This document shows, in pieces, positions 12,301-23,052 of a DNA stretch of 64,000 bases. The stretch comes from Takakia lepidozioides. Lineage: Eukaryota > Plantae > Bryophyta. Position numbers and translations under genes: made by a program. Where the stretch lies: contig CM060734.1 in assembly GCA_030704615.1 (NCBI GenBank), positions 15,562,001 through 15,626,000 of the forward strand. The letters are read 5' to 3'. Numbering within the stretch: position 1 is the first letter of the stretch; every line of letters begins with the position of its first letter. The notes below the pieces were generated by a model that did not search any database, was not told the DNA's origin, and saw only the letters and a program-made list of their open reading frames with translations.

Positions 12301-12654
12301 TATGGAAAGCCCAAGTACGGCATACAAACAATGCCAGAGGCTCCCCCGGTGTGGCCGGTGGAACCAGGCTGCGATCTGAGTCAGGTTGAGGCCGACGCCC
12401 TTACCGCCGCAGGATTTCGGATGGTGCAGCGCACTGACGTCCCCAGACAACCATTTCCGCTTCCACAGCCTCCACCACCGACCCCTGTGAGAGCAAGAAC
12501 AATGGGACACGACAGCTCTAAGCATCCTACACACCGTTGGGGGAAACCGAAGAGGCGGCGACCTCCCTCAAAAGTGAACGAGACAAGGATGGGGAATGCA
12601 CTTTGGATGAACTGTACAATCCAGAGCTCTGTCACAGGTGCAGAAACCACTTAA
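9314..12654 (+). CDS. Mutator-type DDE transposase with N-terminal GCM-like zinc DNA-binding domain (family A), 3'-truncated before SWIM
   Basis: GCM-like: DGHPWCVTKTS..RYVLCAGKLRCLNPTC..CAHC..C..IHVGVHCHP. MULE core: VMFDHIKR, FMADNAQA, CGFH, NTNMAESVH. A phase-0 intron at 11408-11490 joins ORFs 9098-11593 and 11500-12654 in frame. Confidence 0.85.
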
Positions 12655-13207
12655 ACATTTTCATGTATCACCACAAAAGTGGTACCAATCACTGAGGTGT
12701 ATTTAACCACTCATCAGCGACACAGTCCGAGTGGTTGCCATAACTGCAGTGTCTTTAACCACTCACTCCAAACCACTGTCACAATGGTACCAATCATGGA
12801 GGTGTCTTTAACCACTCAAGATCTATGTACACTGTCCCCGTCCACGTGGCATATTATATTTATTAATTAAAAATTTATTTCCAAATGATAAATCATAAAT
12901 AAAAATTGAATTATTACACGTGGAGTAGCAAGTGGTTTCAACCACTTCCCATTACTGAGGTGTCCACATGGAATATTACTAACAAAAATTATTACCAAAT
13001 GATAAATCCTAAATAAAAAAATACAATATTACACGTGGTACTCATTGGTTGAAACCACTTCCAACCACTCCATGTAATGCCACCGTGGCATTTCGTCGGG
13101 ATTAACCACTTGCCAATGGTTACCATTACTGGTGAGTGGTTTATAGAGTGGTAAAAGACATGAGTGGTTAAAGGGGCCAGCGGGTTTTCCGCGTTTTCCT
13201 TCTAGTG
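12640..13207. mobile_element. CACTA transposon terminal fragment
   Basis: Ends ...TTTTCCTTCTAGTG (reverse complement CACTAGAAGGAAAA) at 13207, preceded by many AACCAC(T)/AGTGGTT subterminal repeats in both orientations. Confidence 0.65.
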
Positions 13208-13652
13208 AAACCGGCCAATTCCAAGGAGGGAGGGAGAGAGAGGGAGAGAGAGGGATCCCACCAACCAGCCCCTGGTATGGCAGTCCCTTATGGAGTGAGT
13301 ATGGTATGCACTCACCCCGTAAGGGAGTGCATACCAGACCCCTTCATAAGGTTTCTCCCTCTGCAAAGTAGTTTCCAACCCCAGGGTAGATTTGCCATAG
13401 GGACTGGAAAGACCTACTTCCTCGCCTTTCCATGTTTAAGGACCAACATTTGGGTGTCATGGATCAGAAAACAGGGATAAGAGAACAAGGGACAGACCCA
13501 CTTCAAACCCTGGTATTTGCATGACATATAAAGGATTGAGCCACTTTGTCGTGAGTAGATAATTAACTACCATGGATGTGGGTTTCAGCCTGCATATATC
13601 CAGAAGTATTCTCAAGAAGATACATACAAGTAAATGAGAGGAGCATACCCAA

Positions 13653-15185
13653 TCAGACATCCTTCCAAGATCCGAAATCCCGTTTGCGGATCGGGGAGAA
13701 CCCCTCAGAGCCTCTCCGGGTCTTGTATGATTCTTGACTGGCAATGTTGATGGTGGTAGTAGAGTTAGACCCCGATCTGCCAGGTGTAGAACGGCTGGGT
13801 GGTCTGGTATTTTCCGATGTGTTGGCAGAAGATTGCATCCGGCCAGAGTGTCCACCCCTTTGGTAGAGGCCTCTTCCATGTACCGGGGTACCTCTTCCCC
13901 GAGAAGCATATGTTTTATCTTGTTGGTGAGGCGTCTGCCCCTCCATACGCTGCCGCTTGTAGTTACTGAATTGAGGCTTGGGCGGGTTGTCTGAGAAAGT
14001 ACCAGGTTTCAGCATCTTTTCAATGTATCTGGCCGTCTTGGAGTCACCCAATCTGACGAGCAACTTAGCATTGGGGTCAGCTGCAAATTCACAGGCTGCC
14101 TCCATGATGAATTCCCGGATCATCTGGAAGGTAATTTGTGCCAGTACGGCAGATCTGGTGGCCTTCGTGATCCAAACCAGAAAATTATAATACTTGGTTT
14201 GAATTGAAGGGTATGTATTATCAGGGAAGAAAATCGTCAGGTTATTCAACATATACCATACCATATGGTCAAACCAAGAAACACTTCCAGCACAACGAGA
14301 TGATGCATTTCTAGACCCACAATTACAGCAAATGTACCTATGCCAATTAAACAGCTGACTTTTGTGATTCTTAGATCTGGCCGAACCCGTAGGTAGGTCA
14401 TTCTTGGTCCGTAAGGTCAAGTTCTCACCTTGGTCACAAAGCTTATAATAAAAGGTTCGTAGAGGCCATGCCAGGGCAATCGGCTCTTTTTTTAACCTCT
14501 GGAAGCTGTCATTGGCATCCTCTGCACATTTGTTACGTTCTGTTGGTGTAATATTGCCCCATTTGACCCACATATCAAACGAAATAGGGGCCAATAGATT
14601 GATGTTGGCCAAAGGATGCCACATCATATGGTCATTATTGGCAACCTCAAGTTCAACTGCCCTAGGGGGTAACCAAGGAACAAATTGCTGGTTACCTGGT
14701 GTAGCACCTGCTGCCCGGTCCTGTTCCACTTGAGAGAGCACAACCTGGTCAAAAAAGTCTTTTACAGCTTCCTTTTCTTCATCAGGTACGTCCATACAAC
14801 CCAGAATTGGGTGATTGCTCACTAAGGGTATAAATTCCTTTTCAACAGTGGTTGAGGACTTCTGGGTTGACACAGGTAAGGCATCTTCATTGTTAGCCAG
14901 CCTAAGGGCCTCCTTGATTGAGGAGCCCTTCTTTTCCCAAGCAGTAATCTCAGTAGCAACATCTTCCAATACTTCCATCAACCTAGAATGGTATCTCTGG
15001 AGTTTTTCCAGCCACTTCCCATTCTTATTTGCCATAATGCCAAGAGCAACCCAGTCCTCCAAAGATAATGTTTCAAGCAATAAGATAGGTCGGTTATCAC
15101 CGGCATCTTCAATAGCTTCAGATTCCAGCCTTGGTAAGGTGGCATGAAAGTCACTTGGTTTAATTTGTGCAAATGTAGCTTGCAC
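13653..15185 (-). CDS. Uncharacterised 510-aa ORF, probably TE-derived
   Basis: Long open frame with protein-like composition and a CCxC..C cluster; no family recognised. Confidence 0.5.
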   Translation of the reverse strand: MQATFAQIKPSDFHATLPRLESEAIEDAGDNRPILLLETLSLEDWVALGIMANKNGKWLEKLQRYHSRLMEVLEDVATEITAWEKKGSSIKEALRLANNEDALPVSTQKSSTTVEKEFIPLVSNHPILGCMDVPDEEKEAVKDFFDQVVLSQVEQDRAAGATPGNQQFVPWLPPRAVELEVANNDHMMWHPLANINLLAPISFDMWVKWGNITPTERNKCAEDANDSFQRLKKEPIALAWPLRTFYYKLCDQGENLTLRTKNDLPTGSARSKNHKSQLFNWHRYICCNCGSRNASSRCAGSVSWFDHMVWYMLNNLTIFFPDNTYPSIQTKYYNFLVWITKATRSAVLAQITFQMIREFIMEAACEFAADPNAKLLVRLGDSKTARYIEKMLKPGTFSDNPPKPQFSNYKRQRMEGQTPHQQDKTYASRGRGTPVHGRGLYQRGGHSGRMQSSANTSENTRPPSRSTPGRSGSNSTTTINIASQESYKTRRGSEGFSPIRKRDFGSWKDV

Positions 15186-15579
15186 TTGCGGGAATTGGAG
15201 GAGGCAGGGGGCAGCTGATACCCAAGGGCCTTAAGCTCATCCTTCCACTCAAGCATGGCCTTGCTGGCTTTCTGCCAGGCCAGCCAAGCAACATGTCAGT
15301 TTGTCACAATGGTGAAGCTATAACCAGAAATGAAAATGGTACATAGTGTGTACAAACACCACTAAGTACATTGGAACAAGGAAGAGAGGGAAGATATTCA
15401 TGTAATGTCAAGACATGGACAAGACCCACTAGGGTCATTGTCAATTAAAGACATAAACAGCCCAAAAAAAAGCACCATCTAACACTTCCACTCTTGTCAT
15501 AACTTCCAAATTGACATCACCCAATCAGTCATGATAAAACAGGGCGGGAGGGTGGGGTTTGTTCATGTAAGTGTCATGA

Positions 15580-16215
15580 TAACAAGACATGCATGTAAGC
15601 AAGCATCTTGTGTTCTAGAAAAACAGACTGCTGCAGCCATTCATACCAATATTTGGTATCACAAATACAACAAGACATGCATAGAGCAAAGCATCTTAGG
15701 TATGTGAAACCAACCTGCAATTTTACAGCTTCAAGACATGCACGTCAAGCAAGCATCCTGGGTATGACGGAACAGATTGCATCAGCCTACCTTACCAAGC
15801 ATCTTGGGTATATGGACCAGCCAGTCATTATTACCCTAGGTCATGCATCAAGCAAACCAACTTGGGTACATGCACCAACCTGCCATTTTACAGATTCAAG
15901 ACATGCATTCAAGCAAGCATCTTGTGCACGACAAAACATGTTGTTGCATCCTACCTTACCAGCCATTTTCACACTAGGATATGCATCAAGCTAAACATCT
16001 TGGGTATATGAATGGGCCTGCAACTTTACAGATTCAGGTCATGCATCCAAGCAAGCAACTTGGGCACATGACAAAACAGATTGCAGCAATTTACCATACC
16101 AGTCATAAATATACCAAGTCATGCACAAAGCAAGGCATCTTGGGTATGTGAGACCAGCCTGTTACTGTACAGATTCAAGTCATGCACTTCAAGCAAGCAT
16201 CTTGGGTACTCGAGA
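15580..16215. repeat. Degenerate tandem repeat, core CATGCA..CAAGCAAGCATCTTGGGTA, ~10 copies at a 60-80 bp period
   Basis: Copies near 15585, 15672, 15733, 15795, 15840, 15898, 15981, 16038, 16118 and 16180. Confidence 0.75.
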
Positions 16216-16559
16216 CCTGGCCCTCTTGGCCAATAATTTTATCAAGATATGCACTGTCAAGCAAGTATATTGGGTTCTTAAATTGCAGGTCATGGGTCTG
16301 ATGCCATGATAAGTCCAAAAACACTGGCTAGAGTCCTTTAAAGTTTACCACCACCATTTTTCAAGATGCTAATGCTAGGGTTTGCAAAAGCACTTCACTA
16401 TGATCCACTGTATACCAAATGCAGGCCAGTGCCTTACCAGGTTGCTGCCATAAAATTCAAGGCCACCGGTATGGCTGAAAAACATGATGCCAGTGGTAAC
16501 CCCCATAGAAGTAATTCCTCATTCTTTGGTGACTCATCCGGTATGGATGAAAGTCAATA

Positions 16560-19500
16560 CTCTCTAACAAGAACACAACACTGTCTCCAGAAGACACATG
16601 GCTCCAAGCCGAACTCACGCTCAAAACCATTATGACCGAAATGACCAAAAGCGTCCTTGCCACATGCTGCGCTCCCCCAGACGTCCCACAAACCACCCGC
16701 TCCACACAAAATGGCGGCTACCTAACACAAACACGCTTGGACCGCACACCTCAATACCTATCACACGATCAGACGCGCCCTCACCATTATACCCCAAACA
16801 CCCACAACCCATCCTAACAACAATTGGAGATCCGACCCTCGTATCACCTGCTTAAACACCTTGGCACCCTGTCACGCGCTTGTGCCTCCATCTAATGACC
16901 CCTCAGCCATACCTAACTGGTGTGCGGCCCTATCCAAAATAGGCAGGGAAGCAAAGAAAACCGCATACAACATCACTAAACAAAAAGCCGCTGACAATCA
17001 TAAAAATTTCGTCTCCTCCTTCAACCAATTACTCCATGATCACCCCATAAAGGCTCATAAAGCCATCTTTAACCCCTCACTCAGCCCACCCATTGACTGC
17101 CTCCGACACCGACTGGGCCACTTAATAACTGACCCCACAACCATCAACAAAGAAATGGGCCCAAGCATCTTCAACCTACATACCCACTGTTACAAACTGC
17201 CTACACCCAAACATACACTCCCATGACTGTGTATGTCAAATCAAACACTATCCGTGGCATGACATAGATGGCTTTGCATTAGATAAGCATGGATCCACAA
17301 CCGACCGCATCCTGGACTATTTTACCATTTATCTCTACTACTCATGCCTCAAAGCCCTTTCAAAGCTTGTTAGCGTTCCTTTCAAAGCCCCCGGCCCTGA
17401 CTTTATACCCAACGGTATACTCCAAGCGCTAGACCCGCACCTTCATCACCTCATCTACATATTTTTTAGACTCTGCTACTAGCTAAAACGTATCCCACAC
17501 TCTTGGAAGCATAGCCGCACCATACTGTTATTCAAAAAAGGCGACCCACAGACCTCAGTAACTATCGCCCCATTGCACTGGCCAACATGATATACAAGCT
17601 ATTCACAAGTACACTCACCACCATGCTTTCTGCTTATGGGAGCAACACCACATACTCAGCGACCCACAGGAGGGCTTCAGAGCCACACGCAGTACAACCA
17701 GACAAATACAATACGTCATCTCCGCACTAGAAGATGCTAAGCTCACAAAACAAGACATTTACCTTCTTTATATTGATTTTAAGAATGCATTTGGCTCCCT
17801 CGACCACGGACGTTTACTTGCCATCATGACAGACCTGGGATACCCCAAGATGCCATCCAGCTTATTGGTAACATTTATACGAATAGCACCACGGAATATA
17901 CGGGAGCTTACTACGGCTCCACCCCCCCTATCCCAATTCTACGAGGCACCATCCAAGGTGACACCCTCAGCCCCTACCTATGTATAATCTTTTTAGAACC
18001 CCTCCTCAGATGGCTTGCCCGTGGAAAGTTAGGATACCACTACAAAGCCTCCTCCAGTGATATCTCCGCAGCCGCTTATGCAGATGATCTTGCCATCCTC
18101 GCTCATAAACCACAACACCTAAACCGACAAGTCACCAAATTGCATCGCTTCAACCTGTGGTCAGGTATGGAACTTAGCCTCCACAAATGCGCCATCACTG
18201 CGGCCCCACACCATAGCCGGCTCACCAAATCTGCCATTGCTTTACACATATCTCGGCATACAGTTGGTACCCTCCCTTACTTGGCACGTCCAAAAACTTC
18301 TACTACCACCAAACTAATCAACAAAAGTTTGGCCCTTCTCAAATGATCCCCAATTGTCATTAGACCTAAACTATCCATCATTCAATCAGTACTCAAAACC
18401 CAAGTCCAATCCTCATTTCATGTTGCACCTTTCTCCTTACCAGACATAAGAAAACTTGACAAAAATATTGTCCAGCTCACAAAATGGGTATGTGGCCTAC
18501 CAACTAGCACTCCTAATGCCCTTACCCAACTTCCCACCGACTGCTACGGGATCGGATCTAGCCCCCTAATCATCTCCTATGCCCGCACACTTGGCACACA
18601 AATAAAAGAAGCCCTCAATGATCTAGGCCGTTTAGGTACCATCTATCAAGGACTCCTCAAATTTCTTGCCCTCGAGTACAATGGATTATACTCTCTCCCG
18701 TCACTACACCCACAGGCCTGCCTGCACTCCCCTACTGCACGTACATTGCTCATTTGACGACAAATGAACATCAGTATACAAACCGATCTGCCAAACTATC
18801 CCAATACCTCATGAATCACAGAACGAGTTTGGCTCATGCCAGCCCATTCCTCTCCCAATTTAATAACTCTCACCCTAAACAAAAAAAACCCTACCCTTTC
18901 CTACTTACGAGAGCGCCACATTACCACTCTTACCCAAATCACCACCGCAACTGGACAACACGCCTAAGGAATTCACCCTCAAACACTCCAGAGCCACAAC
19001 CAAAACCTGTCGATACCTACACTTCCTTCGCACCCTATTTTGCCACCCCTCCCCCTCATGTACTCTTGACTATAGAATTCCCTGCCCATACTTCCCACAC
19101 ACTCCCCAAGATCTACTCCCCCAATACCGATCAGATCCCGCACCCTCCATTCTCCAAAAACTTAAAACAACGAACACCAATAACGACAATGTCCCCCCCC
19201 CGTCCCTACCCCACAACACCAACTACCACACCACCATCACACCAAGTCAAGATAGCTGCCAAAATACCTCTACCACCTCTAACTCGCCAAACACAACCCT
19301 CATCTCACAACCACTACCAACACCACCTCCCACTACCCCACCACACAACTCTGAAAATCCAGATGCCTACGTTATTGAAGCTATCCTAGGCATAAAAACC
19401 CAAACATCGATTGATTCCTTCGGAGCCACATGTATAGACACCTATTACCATTGCAAATGGGCCGGATACCCCTCCGAAGATAACACCTGGCAAATAGAGG

Positions 19501-21405
19501 ATGATCTTTTCGGCTCCCATGATGACAGTGACCCCGCACACAACCTCACCCTCTTGACCACCTTTCACAAACTTACCAACACCAACTTTCTCATTCATAT
19601 CCATCAACAACATGCTTCTCCCATTCAACCCATGGACAAGCGATTCATACACAACCCAATACAGGCCCCTAATCTCCATATCTGCATAACAGAATGCAAC
19701 CCTGACAAAGACATCAATCACGACCCCCCCATGATTTGCATGGGCCCCCGCTTCTCTAATATACACGCCAAGTACGGTCGTTTCATTGGCTTAATCCCTA
19801 ATACCCGTTTAAAATGGTTATGGAAAAAATACTCCACCACACACACTCAACTGACATCCCTACAACCTCCCAAACAAGACTTCGCTACCGAAATCAATTG
19901 GTTAGTAGAGCGATACCTCAAAGACACCCCCCCAAAAAAACCACGTTCTCCAAACCGACTGACACATGCATGTGCTCACAGTACCCTCCCCCAAGACATC
20001 CTTACACTGCTTATTAACTCATTTCAACTCACTCATTCATACTACTCCAGCCCCCTTACATGCCCCATGGAACTAACCACATATGCCAGCCCGCACCATA
20101 GAGACTGCCTCTTCGGCGTCGTAGGCACAGCTACATAGCACACTTGGTCTGACAGAGGCTTGCTCATCCCCCTCCCGGCTCCCCGACACATTCCCCACAG
20201 GAGCAAATTTACTAGCCACTATCGAACCCAATCAACTTAAATACGCATACACCCCCCCTCTTCCCAAATACCTCCAGCAAAAGGAACCATCTCTAACCCT
20301 TATCCTACTCGTACAACGCACCTCTCCGACCAACATACCCCCTTCCCTCCTCCAGTGTCTCCATAAACTACTTACACAAACTCACAAAATGAAAGCTAAC
20401 ATCGCCCCCCCCCCCTTACAAGACTAACCAACCCACTTCCAATTACGAAAATATTCCCCTCCCTCTCCTCAATATCAAACCTAACAAGACATGGTTAAAG
20501 GCGCTACCACGCCCACCACATGCCGCCCCTCCCGAGGCCCCACCCACCATCCCTCAGATGCACCAACAAAACATACCCCTCAGATTTCCCCTCACCCACT
20601 CTCACTACACGGATGGATCCCTCCTTAACTCCACTGCCGGATATGGTATATATCATGCGGCCACCCAGCAGGGTGTCGCCCTCCGCCTACCTGGTCCTAC
20701 CACAATCCTACGCGCTGAACTTATGGCAATATATGAAGCCCTATCTAGGCTAGACACCTTCCCTCCCCCTATTATATTCTTACCGACAACCTTACTTCAC
20801 TCTTCCTTATAAGAAACCACATAGCCCACCCTTCATCCCACCATCACCACCCAGACCTCAATCTCATCACTGCCATTGTCCAACTAGCTCTCTCCAAATC
20901 CCACCCCATCCATTTCTGCAAAGTCCGCTCGCATACGAGGATACATGGAAATGACGCTGCCGACCAGTTTGCTCAAGCTGGCGCTGCCCAACCTCCCGTG
21001 ATCCCCTCTGATGACCCTATTCACATTTCCCACACTGTTCCAGATCCACCTGCACCCAGACCCGTTCGCAATCTCCTTGCCACTCTCACCAGGGAAGCTA
21101 ACAAACAAGCTGCTGCATCAATTAGCCATATTAAAGTCCACATTCAAAAGTGGACACAATCCAATGTGCTACACCATAAACTATCAAATCACTTCTAGAA
21201 TACCAAAATCACTACAGATGCACAAATCTGTCAAATCCTTAAATTTAGATACGCCCAGTACATGGGACACCGGCGCAAGCACATTTTCTAGCCACGTCTT
21301 TTTTCATCTCCATATTGCCCACTCCATTCAGGCACCCATCAAGAACGTGACACCTGGCCACACTTACTTAGCCAATGTACACACCCTATCATATATGGCC
21401 TCCCT
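16560..21405 (+). mobile_element. Decayed non-LTR retrotransposon (LINE): RT - chromodomain - PCIF1-like MTase remnant - RNase H - Zn knuckle; truncated at both ends
   Basis: KAPGPD (~17385), LLFKKGDP..YRPIAL (~17525-17580), YIDFKNAFGSLDH (~17770), RGTIQGDTLSPYL (~17942), AAYADDL (~18070). RNase H: HYTDGS..LRAELMAI..GNDAAD (20600-20965). Zn knuckle: CPLH..HLLSQCTHP (~21315-21385). Many stops and frameshifts. Confidence 0.85.
19362..20180 (+). pseudogene. Chromodomain followed in frame by a PCIF1/CAPAM-like amino-methyltransferase remnant, within the LINE ORF
   Basis: YVIEAILGIK..TYYHCKWAGYPSEDNTWQIE reads without a stop into ORF 19554-20138, which ends LINSFQLTHSYYSSPLTCPMELTTYASPHHRDCLFGVVGTA (cf. 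PCIF1 F..E.FASPLN....YCS....D..FGS.G). Confidence 0.7.
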
Positions 21406-21544
21406 ACATTTCTTCCGCCAACCAAAATGTATAATAAAAGCAGAAGAGACGCAAACTTCAGTGAAGAACCCTACAAGTAATTTATGCACACCATCGAGCC
21501 GGGAACTTAAAGCCATGAAAACCCTGCCGTTTCTAACATTCCTA

Positions 21545-21980
21545 TTGGGAAATTTGGCGCCGAAATAGCCCAGTGCGCGCCTTCGTTATATGGGCCTAAA
21601 AAATTCCACGGATGAATTACTGCACCAAAATATCGCGATGGAAGCCTTCAGCACATTCCACTTGGGTATTTCGGCGCCGAAATAGCCCGTTCTGCGCCAT
21701 TAAATACCGCACTATATCACATTTTAAGAGGTAATTTCGGTGCCGAAATACCCCGGTGGATGTCTTCAAAACACCATTTTAGCACACTGCTCTTGGGAAT
21801 AACGGCGCTGAAATACTTCATTCCGCATCCTGGACCGGGAGAAACAGACCCTATTACCGAGGTAAGAGGACATAACACCGTCAATAAAGGCAGGAAAATT
21901 CCAATTCCGCGGATGCCCGCTCATGAGCTCATAGGCTCATAGGCTCATGGGCTCATGCGCTCATGAAATAGTAAACCCTC
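21545..21980. mobile_element. Terminal fragment of a related element: TATTTCGGCGCCGAAATA palindromes plus a (GCTCAT)n-GAAATAG TIR
   Basis: Palindromes at ~21551, 21666, 21733 and 21797. The terminus, read on the reverse strand as GAGGGTTTACTATTTCATGAGCGCATGAGC, resembles the TIRs at 53493 and 31150. Confidence 0.65.
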
Positions 21981-23052
21981 AGTGGGGCGCCGGCGGATCC
22001 AAGGGTTTTATCTTGCGATTTGTAAGTCGTACTTCCCTACGGATTTTGTTATGTCTTCTTTCTGGCTCCATCATCGCGAAGAACTGACTTTAATTTGTGG
22101 CATGTGTAGCAATGCGCGTTTGAGAGGAAGCCATCTCTGGTAGAGTACAACTACGCGGGGGGTGCTATTCCGTGAGCCCGGAGGCGTGAGCCTGTGAGCC
22201 CAGGAAAGCGTGAGCCCAGCACAGGCTCACGCCACGTCAACATGCAAACAGTGCCTATTTCCGCGGATGTCACCTATTTCCGAGTGGTGTCACCTATTTC
22301 CGCGGGTTGATGTGGGTAGAATTGAGAATGCCTGAACAGTTTTTGATGAGGTGGACTTCACCGTGATGGATTCACCAACCATTCTTCTAGCAGGAATAGT
22401 TTGGGGACCAACTAGCAAATGATGCGAGAATGCTCTACACGAACCAAAGTGGTTTGTTTGTTTTCGCAATGTACTCAAGTCTGTGAGGTCCACAAAACAC
22501 CAAATAGATTGAAGGAACAATCCAGGCAGTCCATGCAACCCCCATCTCCAACAATAGTTTGTAACCATGAATGTGAATTCCACGCACATATTGCAAACAG
22601 GACAACAAGGACACACAACCATCCCATTTCAAATTTGGCCCAGAATTAAACCAAAAGAAAACTTCATATCAAGTGTCGCAGTCATCACAATCAGTGTCCA
22701 CCTCCTGTGCTATGTCATCTACAAAGATTCTGGCCCCAACACCACGTGTTCTACGAAGGCCGTCGTAAGGTGGACTCCGAGTGCCATGAACGGACATGCT
22801 TGCTGCGAGTGCCTCCACATAGACAAGTAGCACGCAAGACCGAGGAGGACTGCAAACAAGTCCAAATAGGTGTGATAGCCCTGGAGGGCAAGTGGAAGCA
22901 CGCGGACTCCTGCACATGTCCACCAAACCCCATTTTTAACACAATGATGCAATGCACAAGTCCAACAAAGAGGATGTCTCCCATGTGCACTTTGCCTCAA
23001 GAACAGCGATTCTCGATATTGAAACAACAATGCAAGCATGCACAGGTTGAAC

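Larger units (their letters stand above)
1..12640 (+). mobile_element. Giant Mutator-like element, family A, copy 1 (left TIR predicted ~0.8 kb upstream of window; transposase truncated at ~12640)
   Basis: Position 1 matches 54306 of copy 2, which starts at a TIR at 53493. Contains the ParB-MTase gene, palindrome arrays and the GCM-MULE transposase. Confidence 0.85.

Noticed and set aside
13180-13207. Helitron 3' end (hairpin + CTAG)
   Set aside because: The stem is only 4 bp; a CACTA-type TIR with subterminal repeats fits better.
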